Source: a virus. Taken from it: 40,757 bases of DNA. Shown piece by piece: positions 1 to 8,599 of this stretch; position 1 is the first letter of the stretch; each line of letters begins with the position of its first letter. The position numbers were made by a program, and so were the translations under genes. Location: IMG/VR virus record IMGVR_UViG_3300045988_038276. One strand, 5' to 3'. Under the pieces are notes generated by a model. That model saw only the letters and a list, made by a program, of their open reading frames with translations, ran no database searches and had not been told where the DNA came from.

Positions 1-141
1 AGGTCGTCCCTGATGTGCTGGTAGGTGTCCATGTCGCCCTGCTCCAGCGCCCGGTACAGAATGGCGTAATAGCGGTTCTTGTTGCCGGTATTGGAGATGT
101 TGTAGATAGCCTTTTCCATCTCATACTGGAGCGGAATGTTG
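1..141. repeat. Terminal overlap, identical to 40617-40757 (circular-contig signature)
   Basis: Read directly. Both copies start aggtcgtccctgatgtgctgg and end ctggagcggaatgttg. Confidence 0.95.
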
Positions 142-3100
142 TCGGTCTCCACCGCCGCGCTCCGGGCCAGGCCCCACATATCCCGCGTTAGGTTGGAGGC
201 CGGGATGCCGAACATCTTTGCACCGGCGGCCAGCAGTCCCTTGAGGGCGTAGGCCCCGGTCCGCTTGCCCTGGCCGTCGGCGCTCTGGATAGCCGTCTGT
301 CCGGCCTGGATAAGGTCGGACACGATCTCCATTTCCGTGCGGGACACGTCGTAGCCCTGCATGATGGACAGCGCGTCCTTCACGAAGGGGATTTGGCCCA
401 GGGGGTTCATGTTGCTGCCGACGTTGCCCTCCGTGATGGCGTTCCAGGCTTTCTCCCAGGGGGTCTCCTCGTCTCCGGTCACCCCGGTAAACGCCGTCCG
501 GAAGCGCTCCCAGTATTTTTTATCTTCGTCATCGTCGCGCATGGCGTCGATAAGGCTCTGGGCCAGAGCGTTGACCACGTTCGTCACCACCAGGGCCGTG
601 GCTGCCCGGCCCATCGTCTTGATGGCCTTGCCGCGCTTCTGGCTGTTCTGTTCGTAGCGCACTTGGTCATAGGCCCGCATCAGCAGGTTGAGGCTCATGA
701 TAGGCTCGCCCATGAAGCTGGTCGCCTGCTTCACCACCGCGTTGCTGGAACGCATGATGTTAGACCGCTGGAGCACGCCGTCTACCACCTGGGTCTGGTC
801 GATGACTTCCGCGAACAGCTTTGCCGTCTGCCGGTAGAACGCCTCGCTGCCCTTGGTGAGGCCCTGGTGTTCCCGCGCCGTGGCCCACTCGCAGGCGTTC
901 CACAGCTTGCCCCAGGTCACGGCGTCTGCCGCACCCGCAGGGGCGGAAAGGGCGTCGTTCAGCTTCCGCACGTTCGTCCGGTTGTCGAACAGCGTCTCGG
1001 TCATCTTGTAGGGGCTGGAGATGTCGAAGCCGCCCGCATCCTTCCGCATGGCGATGGGGGAGTATTGCAGGGCTTTCTTCCATCCGCTGCCCCGCGTAAC
1101 GCCTCTTGCAAGGCCCCGCGCCATGTCCTGGGGGTCCAGTACCGCCGCCGCCCGGAAGAACGCCGTGGGCTGCTGGATGACCACGCGGATGTTCGCGCCT
1201 ACGGCTGCGCCCTTGAAGCCGCCGATGGTCTTTCCGGCGATGTCCCACATGGGGCTGTCGCCGGGGGCGTTGATGCCGTTCTGGATGTCCTCCATCAGTC
1301 GGTTCCAGTATTCCTGGCTGCCAGGGCCGCCCACGCGGTCCAGCAGGCCCTTGATGCTCTTGCCGGTGGGGTTGCCCTCCTCGTCCCGGAACTGGTAGTT
1401 GAACAGGCGGTTGATGTCCTCCATCGTGCAGAGCCAGGAGGCATAGTCCGTCATGTCGGAGGCGTGGTTGGCAAAGGTGGTGAAGATGCCCGCCAGGTCC
1501 AGGGCGTTGCTCGCGTGGGGCATCGTGGTCTTTGCCATGCCGATGTTCTTAATGGAGCGGGTGTTGTTTCTGCCCTTTTCGATGTTGCTGTGCAGGCCCT
1601 CCTTGGCCGATTTGATGGGCCAGTAGTCGCTCTCGGTGAACTTCTTGTAACCGTAGGCTTCCATGCTGGCCTTGTTGCCGTAGTCGGCCAGCACGCCACG
1701 GGTCAGTCCTTGCAGGCCGTCCGCGATCTTCACCTGCTCCGGTGTCAGCGTCCCGGTGATGTTCACCAGGTCGCCCTCCGTCAGGCGGATGCTGTCCGTG
1801 CCGCGCCGGATTTGCGAGGTTTTGATCTCTGGCTGGACCACGCCGCCCTTGAGCAGGTGGTCGTGGGCCTGCTTGCGCTTCACCAGCTCGTACAGCTCCA
1901 TCACCTGGGCCGTGGAAAGGGTCAGTTTCTCGCCTCGCTCCGTGGTGAAGGTATGCGTGGTCGCCTCCAGCTTCTTCACCGTCTTGGGGTCCACGATCTT
2001 GCGGACCTCCTCGGCCACATGGTCCACCATGAGCTGCTGCTGGTCCTGCGCGTCCCGCAGCATCCGGTAGACCGCCTTGCCCGCCTCTCCGTAATGGGAG
2101 AAGAAGGTGTACGGGGTCTCCAGGTCAATGAGGGCGTGGTTGCGGGTCAGGCTGTTCTTGGCCCGGCGGCTGCTGGTCCCGATGGAGAGAGCCTGCGCCC
2201 AGTCCGCCGTCCTGGCGTACTTGGCCTTGGACAGGACTTTCCCCGCCGTGTTCACGCTGTGCTCCACGGCCTTGACCACCTGCCACACGGTTTGAAGCTG
2301 CGCCACGCTCATGTCGGCCAGCTTGGTGTCCTTCATGGCGATGACCGCATCAAAGCCGCCCTTGATGCCGTCGGCGTCGCTGCCCAGCAGGGAGGGGTCA
2401 ATGACCATATCCCCGCCCTCGGCCACGATTTTGGCATACTGCTCCTTGAGGGCGCGGAACGCCTCGGTCCGCTTGGTGGGGGTGCCGCTGCCGTCCTTCA
2501 CCCGCTTGCCGTTCTCGTCGAGGGTGTACTGGCTCTCCTGGTTGATGCTCTCCAGCATAGCGGCCACGCTTCCGCGCATGGCCTCCGGGATGTGGTGCTG
2601 GTCGCTGGGGCGGAGGAGCTTCTGGGACAGAGCGCTTGCATGGCGGGTGATTTTGGCTCGCAGCTCACGGGCCGCCCGGCGTTCCCGGCCCGCCGCGTCC
2701 TTGGCCGCATAGCGGTCTTTCAGAGCACCCATCTGCCGCTCGCGGGCCTCCCGCTCCTTGGCGATGGCGTTCTGTACCCGCTGCCGGTTCTGCTCCCGCA
2801 GTTCCGCCAGGCGGGTTGTGTACTGCTCCCGCACCTTCTGGACCTGCTCCCGGCCCTTGGCCTTGGCGTTCTCCAGCTTCAATGCCTGCCGGTCCGCAAA
2901 GGTCTTTCGCGTCTGGGGCAGGTCGAAGAAGGTCTCCATGATCTCGTTTGCTGCGCCGGTCACAGCCTGGTCCATGTAGCGGGAGAATGGGTTGTACTCG
3001 TTGATCTCGCTGATGCCGTCCAGCACTTCCACGATGTGGAGGAGCTGGTCCGTCGGATGGGTCTGTTCCTGCTCGCTGAAAAACTCCGGCCAGCGGGAGG

Positions 3101-6100
3101 AAAGCTCCTGGTACACCTGGTCGATGTTGGTGTGGCCCTCGCTGCCCAGGTTCAGCCGTCCGAACTGCCGCTTGCGGAAATCGCCATAGTCCGCGATGTC
3201 CCCGTGGTATTCCTTGCCGTAGATGATCTTGGTCGTCCGCAGGTAGTCCCGCAGGTCGCTGTACGCATCGTACATATCGCTGTCCACGGCCACCGCGTTG
3301 CTCACCAGGGTTTCCGCGATGTCCTCCGCCCGGCGACGGGCCTCGGTGTAGGTCAGCTCATCCTTGCCGTCGTAGCCGCTGGCGATGTAGTCATAGAGGC
3401 TCTGGAGGTCTCCCTGGATGTCCTTCACCGCGATGTCGGCCCCGTAGTTCTGGATAAGCTGTTTCGCGGCGGCGGTCACGGCCTTTTTGTCCGTGGTCAC
3501 GCGCTGGGTCCGCCGGGTCTGGCCCTGCCAGTAGTCCCGGCTCTCCTGGAGCTTCCCGTTTCGGCGCTGGATGGCGATATAGTCCTTCATCTGCTCCCGC
3601 AGCAGCCGGTTTTCCTCCTGCAAGGCGGCAACACTCTTGCTTTCCGTCCCGGCCTTGAGGGAGAAGCGGGCGTCGTCCACGCTGTTGATCTTGGCAAGGC
3701 GGTCCGCGTCGTCTCCGGTCTTGTATTCCAGCATCCGCACACCGGCCTGCTCCAAACCGTCCCGCAGCTTTTGGCTGCTGTCGTCAGGAATGACGGCGGC
3801 CAGCACCTCGTCAAAGCCGACGGCCCGCTGGGGCTTGGCCTCAAAGTAGCCGGTGGGCATTTCCGCCGCCGCCTGGTAGACGGCCTGGATGTCCTGGGCC
3901 GTCTGGCTGCTGATTTTGTACCCCTCCTTGGAGAAGGCCCGCATGATAGCGTCCACCGTCCTCTTTCCCTTGGACGTTTCCATCAGGATGCTGCCGATGA
4001 TGTCGCTCTCGACGAAGGAATTGTCGGAATGAGCCTTGTTTCCCTGCTTGATCTTCGTGATGATGCTGCCGATCTGGTCATCAATGGCCTGGAGCTTTGC
4101 TTCATACTCGGCCCCCTCGTCCATGCCCAGCCGCCCGCTGTCCGCCTTGATCTCCTGGATGCTGCGGTATTCCGGCGTCGCCACGGATTGCAGGGTCTTG
4201 GCGCTTGCGCCCCAGGTGTTGCCGCCGCGCTCCTCCTGGCCCTCCTTCATCGCCTTGACGATGTTCTCCAGGGTGTAGGCATAGTGGAGCTGCGAGAAGC
4301 TGCGGAGATTGCCGGAGGGGGTGTAGGGGTCCTTGCCATTGTAGATGCCCGCCTCGCCCAGCAGGCCGTCCAGCTTCCCGGCAATCCACTCCTCAACGGC
4401 GTGGTCATCCACGGCGCCGCGCAGCGCGTCAGAGGTAGCCATCCGGTCAATTTCGCCCTTGGTCGCGCCGCCGTCCTGGTACATATCCCATGCGTGGTGA
4501 ACGATGTCCTCCAGGGTGAAGATGGAAACGCCGTCCATGGAATTGTCGATGCGGGTCTGCCGTCTTTCGTTGATCTCCGCGTCGGTCCAATGCCTCTTGA
4601 CGGCCATTCTGCGGAGCATGGGTTCGCCCTGTTCCCGGTAGTAGTCCCGGAGAATGTCGCGGATGACCTCGGCATTCTCGCCCAGGGCGTCCTTCACGCT
4701 CTCGCCGGTCTCCAGGTTGGCCTCGATCTCAGCCAGCGTGTTCACGCCCAGGCGGTCAACCACCTTTTGCAGGGTGTCGTTACCGAACTTGTCCCACACC
4801 TTGTCCATCTTCACCGGCTCCAGGCTCTTGCCCTGGTCTGCCAGATAGGCCGCCCGCACCGTGTCTGTGGAGGCCAGCTTCTCCGCCAGTTCTGCCGTGC
4901 TCCTGGTGCTGGTGTCGTCGATGCCCACAGAGCGCAGGGCGGCGCTGTTCCCGAAGATGCCACCGGCCACGGAGACATCCCCGGCAAGCCGGTGTAGCTC
5001 GTGCTCCACCTGGGATGCCTTTTTGCTGTTCACGGGGTAATCTACTCGCGGAGCTGTCGGCGTCCAGGCATCGCCACCGTACACCTTGTTGGCGCGGAAT
5101 AGCTGCGGGTCGATGGTGTCCTTGCTGAACACAAGGGAGATGGGGCCGTACTTGGTGTGCCCGTCCCTGGCTTTTACAATGGCGATGGAGGGCATGGGCA
5201 GGCCGCCCAGCTTGATGGCAGCCAGGATGCTGTTCTCGTCCTTGTTATGCAGGGCCAGCAGCTTGTCCGTCTCCTCCACCGGGGTCTTGAGAGAGAATTT
5301 CGTCTCTTTCTGGTTGTCGGCCTTAAAGCGCTCGTGCAGCTCGCCCAACTCCTTGGCGTATGCGTCGAAGTCGTGGAACACATGGGCCGCAGGACCGTCC
5401 ACGAACATATCTGCTTTGCCCACCGCGATATGCCCGTACATCGTCGCGTTGAACTCGTCATAGAGGCGGGCCGGGTCTGCATTTTCCAGCGTGGTATGCT
5501 GATGCTCTGCCACATGGTTCAGCAGCACACGGGTCATCCCGTCGCTCATATTCAGCATCGTTGGCGTCCGTTCCACAAAGTCCAGGTAAGGCTTGTAGCC
5601 TACCTGCCGCATCACATGAGTGACCTCGTGGGGGGCAAACATCCCCCGATTCTTCTCCGGCAGGGTCTCCCGGAAGAAGATTTGCCCATCGGCAGAGAAC
5701 GCCGGGGTGCTGCCCTTGTTCTTGGCCCATGCCGCATCCGCCACAACAAAGCTCGGCACGCCGTAGTCCACCGCCGTCCGCTGCTCTGCGTAGGCCACGC
5801 TGCCCTTGGCCGGTTCCACCGTGTGGCCCTCCGCCCAGGAGCGCACGGGTTTGGCCCCGAAAGACGGGTTTACTCCTCCGTGTCGTCCAGAAGCAGCAGA
5901 AAGCTCTCTGCGAACTCGTCCATCTTGGCCTTTTCCTTCTCGGTCAGCGCTCTGCCCATATCCTTCTCGGCTGCCTGTGCCAGGTCTGCCGCCAGTTTCG
6001 CTTTCTTGTCCATCCTTGCCGTCCTCCTTCAAAGAATTTCTTGTTGCGGCCATTGTATCATTGCCGCCCTCTCCTTGCAAGGTCTTTGCCTGCCGGGCTG

Positions 6101-8585
6101 CCGCCTCCAAGGCTGCCGTCAGCTTCCCCTCGGCGGTCTGGGCCTTTTTCTTCTCGGCCCCAGTCAGCTTATCAATGAGGGAGCGGATAGCGTCCCGGAC
6201 CTTTTGCAGCAGCGTCCGGTCATCCCGGTGCCGCTCGATGAAGTCATCCAGCACCTTGCCGTCGTCAATGAGGCGGCCCGCATAGTCCGCCGCCACCTCG
6301 TCCATGGCCTGCTCATAGGTCAGCTCCACGCCCTGCGCGGCGTAGCTGTCGATGCGCTTCTGGATGCTGTCCTGCTCCTCCTGTGCCACGATGTCCCGGA
6401 ACGTCCGGTACTCCGTGGGGGCAAGCTCCTGCATCCGGTGGGTCATCTCGTGGCCCACAATAGCCAGTACAGGGTTTTCATTGTTCCGTTCCACCAGCAC
6501 CGTGCTGCCGCTGATCTGGGCATTGGCCGTTCCGCCGCGCACACTGTCCACGAACTGCACCCGCACGCCCAGGGCCTTGGCAACTCTGTTGACCTTGGCC
6601 GCCGTCTCGGCGGTCAGATAAACGCGGCTCTCACCGTTGGCATCCAGAATTGCGTGGCCCTGCTTGTCCTGCAACGGCCTGCCGCTCTCCACAGACTGCT
6701 TCACGAAGTCGTCATACACCAGGCCGCTGTCCGTCCCGGCCACCGGGGCATACTTGGCCGCCTGCTGCTCCCGCTGGAGGGAGAGGGCGGCGTCGTTCTG
6801 CCCGGCGGAATAGGCTGCAAAGCGCTGGGCCTGGGTCAGACTGCCGGAGTAGTCGCTGTCCACCGCCGCCATGTCTGCGCCGTTGATGCCTGCCTCGTAA
6901 TAAGAGGCGAAGCCTGCATAGTATTCGTCAGAGCGAATATTGCCGTCATAGCTGGCCGCCAGGGCCTTGGCCCCGTTTTCGCCCAGGGCGGAGGATGCGT
7001 CCCGCACGCGGCGGATGTCGTGGGCCTGCTGCGCCACCGGGCGCTGCGTGGCCGTCTGCTGCGTCTGCGGCGCGGCGGGGGTAGTTTCCTCCGTATTCAC
7101 GAAAATCTCCGTCTGTGCCCTTGCAAGGGTCTCCACGGCACTTTTCACGGCCTTGCGCTGCTGGCTCTTGGTCATGCCGTCCTGCACCACCTGGCCCGCT
7201 GCCTGCTTCAGGGCAGCCATAGCATCCTGGTCCGCCAGAATACGGTCCGCCGTCTTTCCGCTCACGCTCCCGTTCTGGCTTGCCTGTTCCGCCGCCTGGG
7301 TCAGCAGCTCATTGGCTGCCGTGGTCTGGGGGACCGCTTCTGCCTGCGGGGTTGGGGCGGTGGTCTCCTGCTGGGCGTTGGTTTCGCCCACGTTGTAGTG
7401 GTAGGTGGCCGGGGTGATAACGCCGCCCATCATACCGGAGGTCGCGCCCACAAGGAAATCATACAGAGAGTTCTCCAGCGTTTCCCCGGCGCTGGCTACG
7501 TCCCCGCCATAAATGCGGGGCATCTGCCACTCCATCCAGTCTCCGATGAACTCCTCCAGGCCCTCGCTCACCGCTCCGGCCCCGAAGGTCAGCGCACCGC
7601 CCAGCACACGCTTGCCCGCGTCCGTCTTTGCAAAGCGGTTCACGGCGGAGCGGATGCCCCGCTCCACGGCGTCGTCCAATGCGCCGCCGCCATAGGCATG
7701 GCTGAACGGCAGGGCGATATTGAACATCATCTCTGTAATTACTTCCTTTGCTGCCACGGCCCCGCCGTAAAGTCCCTGCTGCCCCAGAGTGGAGTTCGGG
7801 TTGTCCTGGCGGGCCTGCTGCGTAGCCCCGCCGAACGCACGCATGGCAAAAGCGCCCTTGCTGCCCGGCGTTCCCAGCAGGGCGTTGGCCGCTGTGTCGA
7901 GCGCTGTCTGGGTCATGGAAGCGCCTGCGTCCACCAGCACCTGGCCCACGCCGCCCAGCCCCTCCTTGGCCCGCTCAATGTCTTGGGCAGAGGACTGCTG
8001 GATGTCGTCCGCCAGCTCATAGCTGGCCTGGGTCGCTTTCTGCTGCACCTGCTCGTCCAGCACCTTTGCCATCGCGTCGTATTTCCGCTGCCAGTCGTCG
8101 ATGATGTACTGCTGGCTCTGGATGTCCCGCTCGTTCCAGCTTCCGGGCTTTTCCTTGTTTTCCGCCAGCATGGCGTCCATGTCCAGCTTGGCCCGCTCCA
8201 GGTTGTGGGAATATTCCGCCAGATACTCCCGGTTCTGCGCGTCGCGTCCGCCCTGGCCCATGGCGTAGAAGGTGCTCATGGCGTTGCTGTTGGAGGCCAG
8301 AGACCCCTTGGCCCCGCCTCGGATGGTGTCTCCCAGGCGGGAGAAGAAGCCCCGCTTCTCTGCGGGCTTTTCCGCCGTGGCCTGCGGCACGGCGGGCAGT
8401 TCGGCGTTTTCCCGTTTCAAGGTCAGCCCACCAGCCCGCCAGGTCTGCGTCCTCCCGGCGGAGGCGGTGGGCGGCGCAGTAGCCGGGGCGGTATTCGCCC
8501 CGGTCGTCTGCTTGTTCTCTTCCTGCTTTCTGCTGCCGCTGGTCCAGGTTTTCCCGGTCCCGGTCTGCTTTAAGGTCAAAGCCAT
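1..8585 (-). CDS. Giant virion/polyvalent-type protein: first 2861 codons of a 3063-codon ORF that leaves the window at base 1 and continues 40616->40010
   Basis: ATG 8583-8585 follows AAGGAGGGAGTAGATT. The minus frame (codon low coordinate 0 mod 3) was translated by eye with no stop seen, and no complete minus ORF in that frame is listed. It is absent from the track only because it lacks an in-window stop. Two HExxH motifs: HEMTH at 6438-6452 and HEVTH at 5616-5630. The plus ORFs 393-4997 and 5157-8573 are its antisense shadows. Confidence 0.8.
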   Translation of the reverse strand, partial: MALTLKQTGTGKTWTSGSRKQEENKQTTGANTAPATAPPTASAGRTQTWRAGGLTLKRENAELPAVPQATAEKPAEKRGFFSRLGDTIRGGAKGSLASNSNAMSTFYAMGQGGRDAQNREYLAEYSHNLERAKLDMDAMLAENKEKPGSWNERDIQSQQYIIDDWQRKYDAMAKVLDEQVQQKATQASYELADDIQQSSAQDIERAKEGLGGVGQVLVDAGASMTQTALDTAANALLGTPGSKGAFAMRAFGGATQQARQDNPNSTLGQQGLYGGAVAAKEVITEMMFNIALPFSHAYGGGALDDAVERGIRSAVNRFAKTDAGKRVLGGALTFGAGAVSEGLEEFIGDWMEWQMPRIYGGDVASAGETLENSLYDFLVGATSGMMGGVITPATYHYNVGETNAQQETTAPTPQAEAVPQTTAANELLTQAAEQASQNGSVSGKTADRILADQDAMAALKQAAGQVVQDGMTKSQQRKAVKSAVETLARAQTEIFVNTEETTPAAPQTQQTATQRPVAQQAHDIRRVRDASSALGENGAKALAASYDGNIRSDEYYAGFASYYEAGINGADMAAVDSDYSGSLTQAQRFAAYSAGQNDAALSLQREQQAAKYAPVAGTDSGLVYDDFVKQSVESGRPLQDKQGHAILDANGESRVYLTAETAAKVNRVAKALGVRVQFVDSVRGGTANAQISGSTVLVERNNENPVLAIVGHEMTHRMQELAPTEYRTFRDIVAQEEQDSIQKRIDSYAAQGVELTYEQAMDEVAADYAGRLIDDGKVLDDFIERHRDDRTLLQKVRDAIRSLIDKLTGAEKKKAQTAEGKLTAALEAAARQAKTLQGEGGNDTMAATRNSLKEDGKDGQESETGGRPGTGSREGYGQSADREGKGQDGRVRRELSAASGRHGGVNPSFGAKPVRSWAEGHTVEPAKGSVAYAEQRTAVDYGVPSFVVADAAWAKNKGSTPAFSADGQIFFRETLPEKNRGMFAPHEVTHVMRQVGYKPYLDFVERTPTMLNMSDGMTRVLLNHVAEHQHTTLENADPARLYDEFNATMYGHIAVGKADMFVDGPAAHVFHDFDAYAKELGELHERFKADNQKETKFSLKTPVEETDKLLALHNKDENSILAAIKLGGLPMPSIAIVKARDGHTKYGPISLVFSKDTIDPQLFRANKVYGGDAWTPTAPRVDYPVNSKKASQVEHELHRLAGDVSVAGGIFGNSAALRSVGIDDTSTRSTAELAEKLASTDTVRAAYLADQGKSLEPVKMDKVWDKFGNDTLQKVVDRLGVNTLAEIEANLETGESVKDALGENAEVIRDILRDYYREQGEPMLRRMAVKRHWTDAEINERRQTRIDNSMDGVSIFTLEDIVHHAWDMYQDGGATKGEIDRMATSDALRGAVDDHAVEEWIAGKLDGLLGEAGIYNGKDPYTPSGNLRSFSQLHYAYTLENIVKAMKEGQEERGGNTWGASAKTLQSVATPEYRSIQEIKADSGRLGMDEGAEYEAKLQAIDDQIGSIITKIKQGNKAHSDNSFVESDIIGSILMETSKGKRTVDAIMRAFSKEGYKISSQTAQDIQAVYQAAAEMPTGYFEAKPQRAVGFDEVLAAVIPDDSSQKLRDGLEQAGVRMLEYKTGDDADRLAKINSVDDARFSLKAGTESKSVAALQEENRLLREQMKDYIAIQRRNGKLQESRDYWQGQTRRTQRVTTDKKAVTAAAKQLIQNYGADIAVKDIQGDLQSLYDYIASGYDGKDELTYTEARRRAEDIAETLVSNAVAVDSDMYDAYSDLRDYLRTTKIIYGKEYHGDIADYGDFRKRQFGRLNLGSEGHTNIDQVYQELSSRWPEFFSEQEQTHPTDQLLHIVEVLDGISEINEYNPFSRYMDQAVTGAANEIMETFFDLPQTRKTFADRQALKLENAKAKGREQVQKVREQYTTRLAELREQNRQRVQNAIAKEREARERQMGALKDRYAAKDAAGRERRAARELRAKITRHASALSQKLLRPSDQHHIPEAMRGSVAAMLESINQESQYTLDENGKRVKDGSGTPTKRTEAFRALKEQYAKIVAEGGDMVIDPSLLGSDADGIKGGFDAVIAMKDTKLADMSVAQLQTVWQVVKAVEHSVNTAGKVLSKAKYARTADWAQALSIGTSSRRAKNSLTRNHALIDLETPYTFFSHYGEAGKAVYRMLRDAQDQQQLMVDHVAEEVRKIVDPKTVKKLEATTHTFTTERGEKLTLSTAQVMELYELVKRKQAHDHLLKGGVVQPEIKTSQIRRGTDSIRLTEGDLVNITGTLTPEQVKIADGLQGLTRGVLADYGNKASMEAYGYKKFTESDYWPIKSAKEGLHSNIEKGRNNTRSIKNIGMAKTTMPHASNALDLAGIFTTFANHASDMTDYASWLCTMEDINRLFNYQFRDEEGNPTGKSIKGLLDRVGGPGSQEYWNRLMEDIQNGINAPGDSPMWDIAGKTIGGFKGAAVGANIRVVIQQPTAFFRAAAVLDPQDMARGLARGVTRGSGWKKALQYSPIAMRKDAGGFDISSPYKMTETLFDNRTNVRKLNDALSAPAGAADAVTWGKLWNACEWATAREHQGLTKGSEAFYRQTAKLFAEVIDQTQVVDGVLQRSNIMRSSNAVVKQATSFMGEPIMSLNLLMRAYDQVRYEQNSQKRGKAIKTMGRAATALVVTNVVNALAQSLIDAMRDDDEDKKYWERFRTAFTGVTGDEETPWEKAWNAITEGNVGSNMNPLGQIPFVKDALSIMQGYDVSRTEMEIVSDLIQAGQTAIQSADGQGKRTGAYALKGLLAAGAKMFGIPASNLTRDMWGLARSAAVETDNIPLQYEMEKAIYNISNTGNKNRYYAILYRALEQGDMDTYQHIRDD
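5870..6013 (-). CDS. Embedded 47-codon alternative-frame ORF (MDKKAKLAADLAQAAEKDMGRALTEKEKAKMDEFAESFLLLLDDTEE)
   Basis: ATG 6011-6013 sits 8 nt after GAAGGAGGA, and the stop TAA is at 5870-5872. G/C-ending codons dominate as in the rest of the genome, whereas the giant-ORF frame turns A/T-ending and low-complexity here. Confidence 0.3.
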   Translation of the reverse strand: MDKKAKLAADLAQAAEKDMGRALTEKEKAKMDEFAESFLLLLDDTEE

Positions 8586-8599
8586 AATCTACTCCCTCC

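Noticed and set aside
522-536. DDDED in the giant protein as a possible DxDxD RNA-polymerase catalytic motif
   Set aside because: It sits in an acidic linker (MRDDDEDKKYW) with none of the surrounding RNAP motifs. The string match is too weak to support a call.
393-8573. Very long plus-strand ORFs (393-4997, 1534 aa; 5157-8573, 1138 aa)
   Set aside because: They are antisense shadows of the giant minus-strand ORF and share its codon register. Their composition is Leu/Val/Gly/His/Arg-rich, with non-ATG starts, no RBS and no motifs. The minus frame gives a sensible protein with an SD-led ATG.
1-8585. Stop-codon reassignment as the reason no long minus ORF is listed over the first 8.6 kb
   Set aside because: Hand translation shows a standard-code frame with no stops. 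The ORF is unlisted only because it runs off the window edge and closes at 40010 after the circular join.
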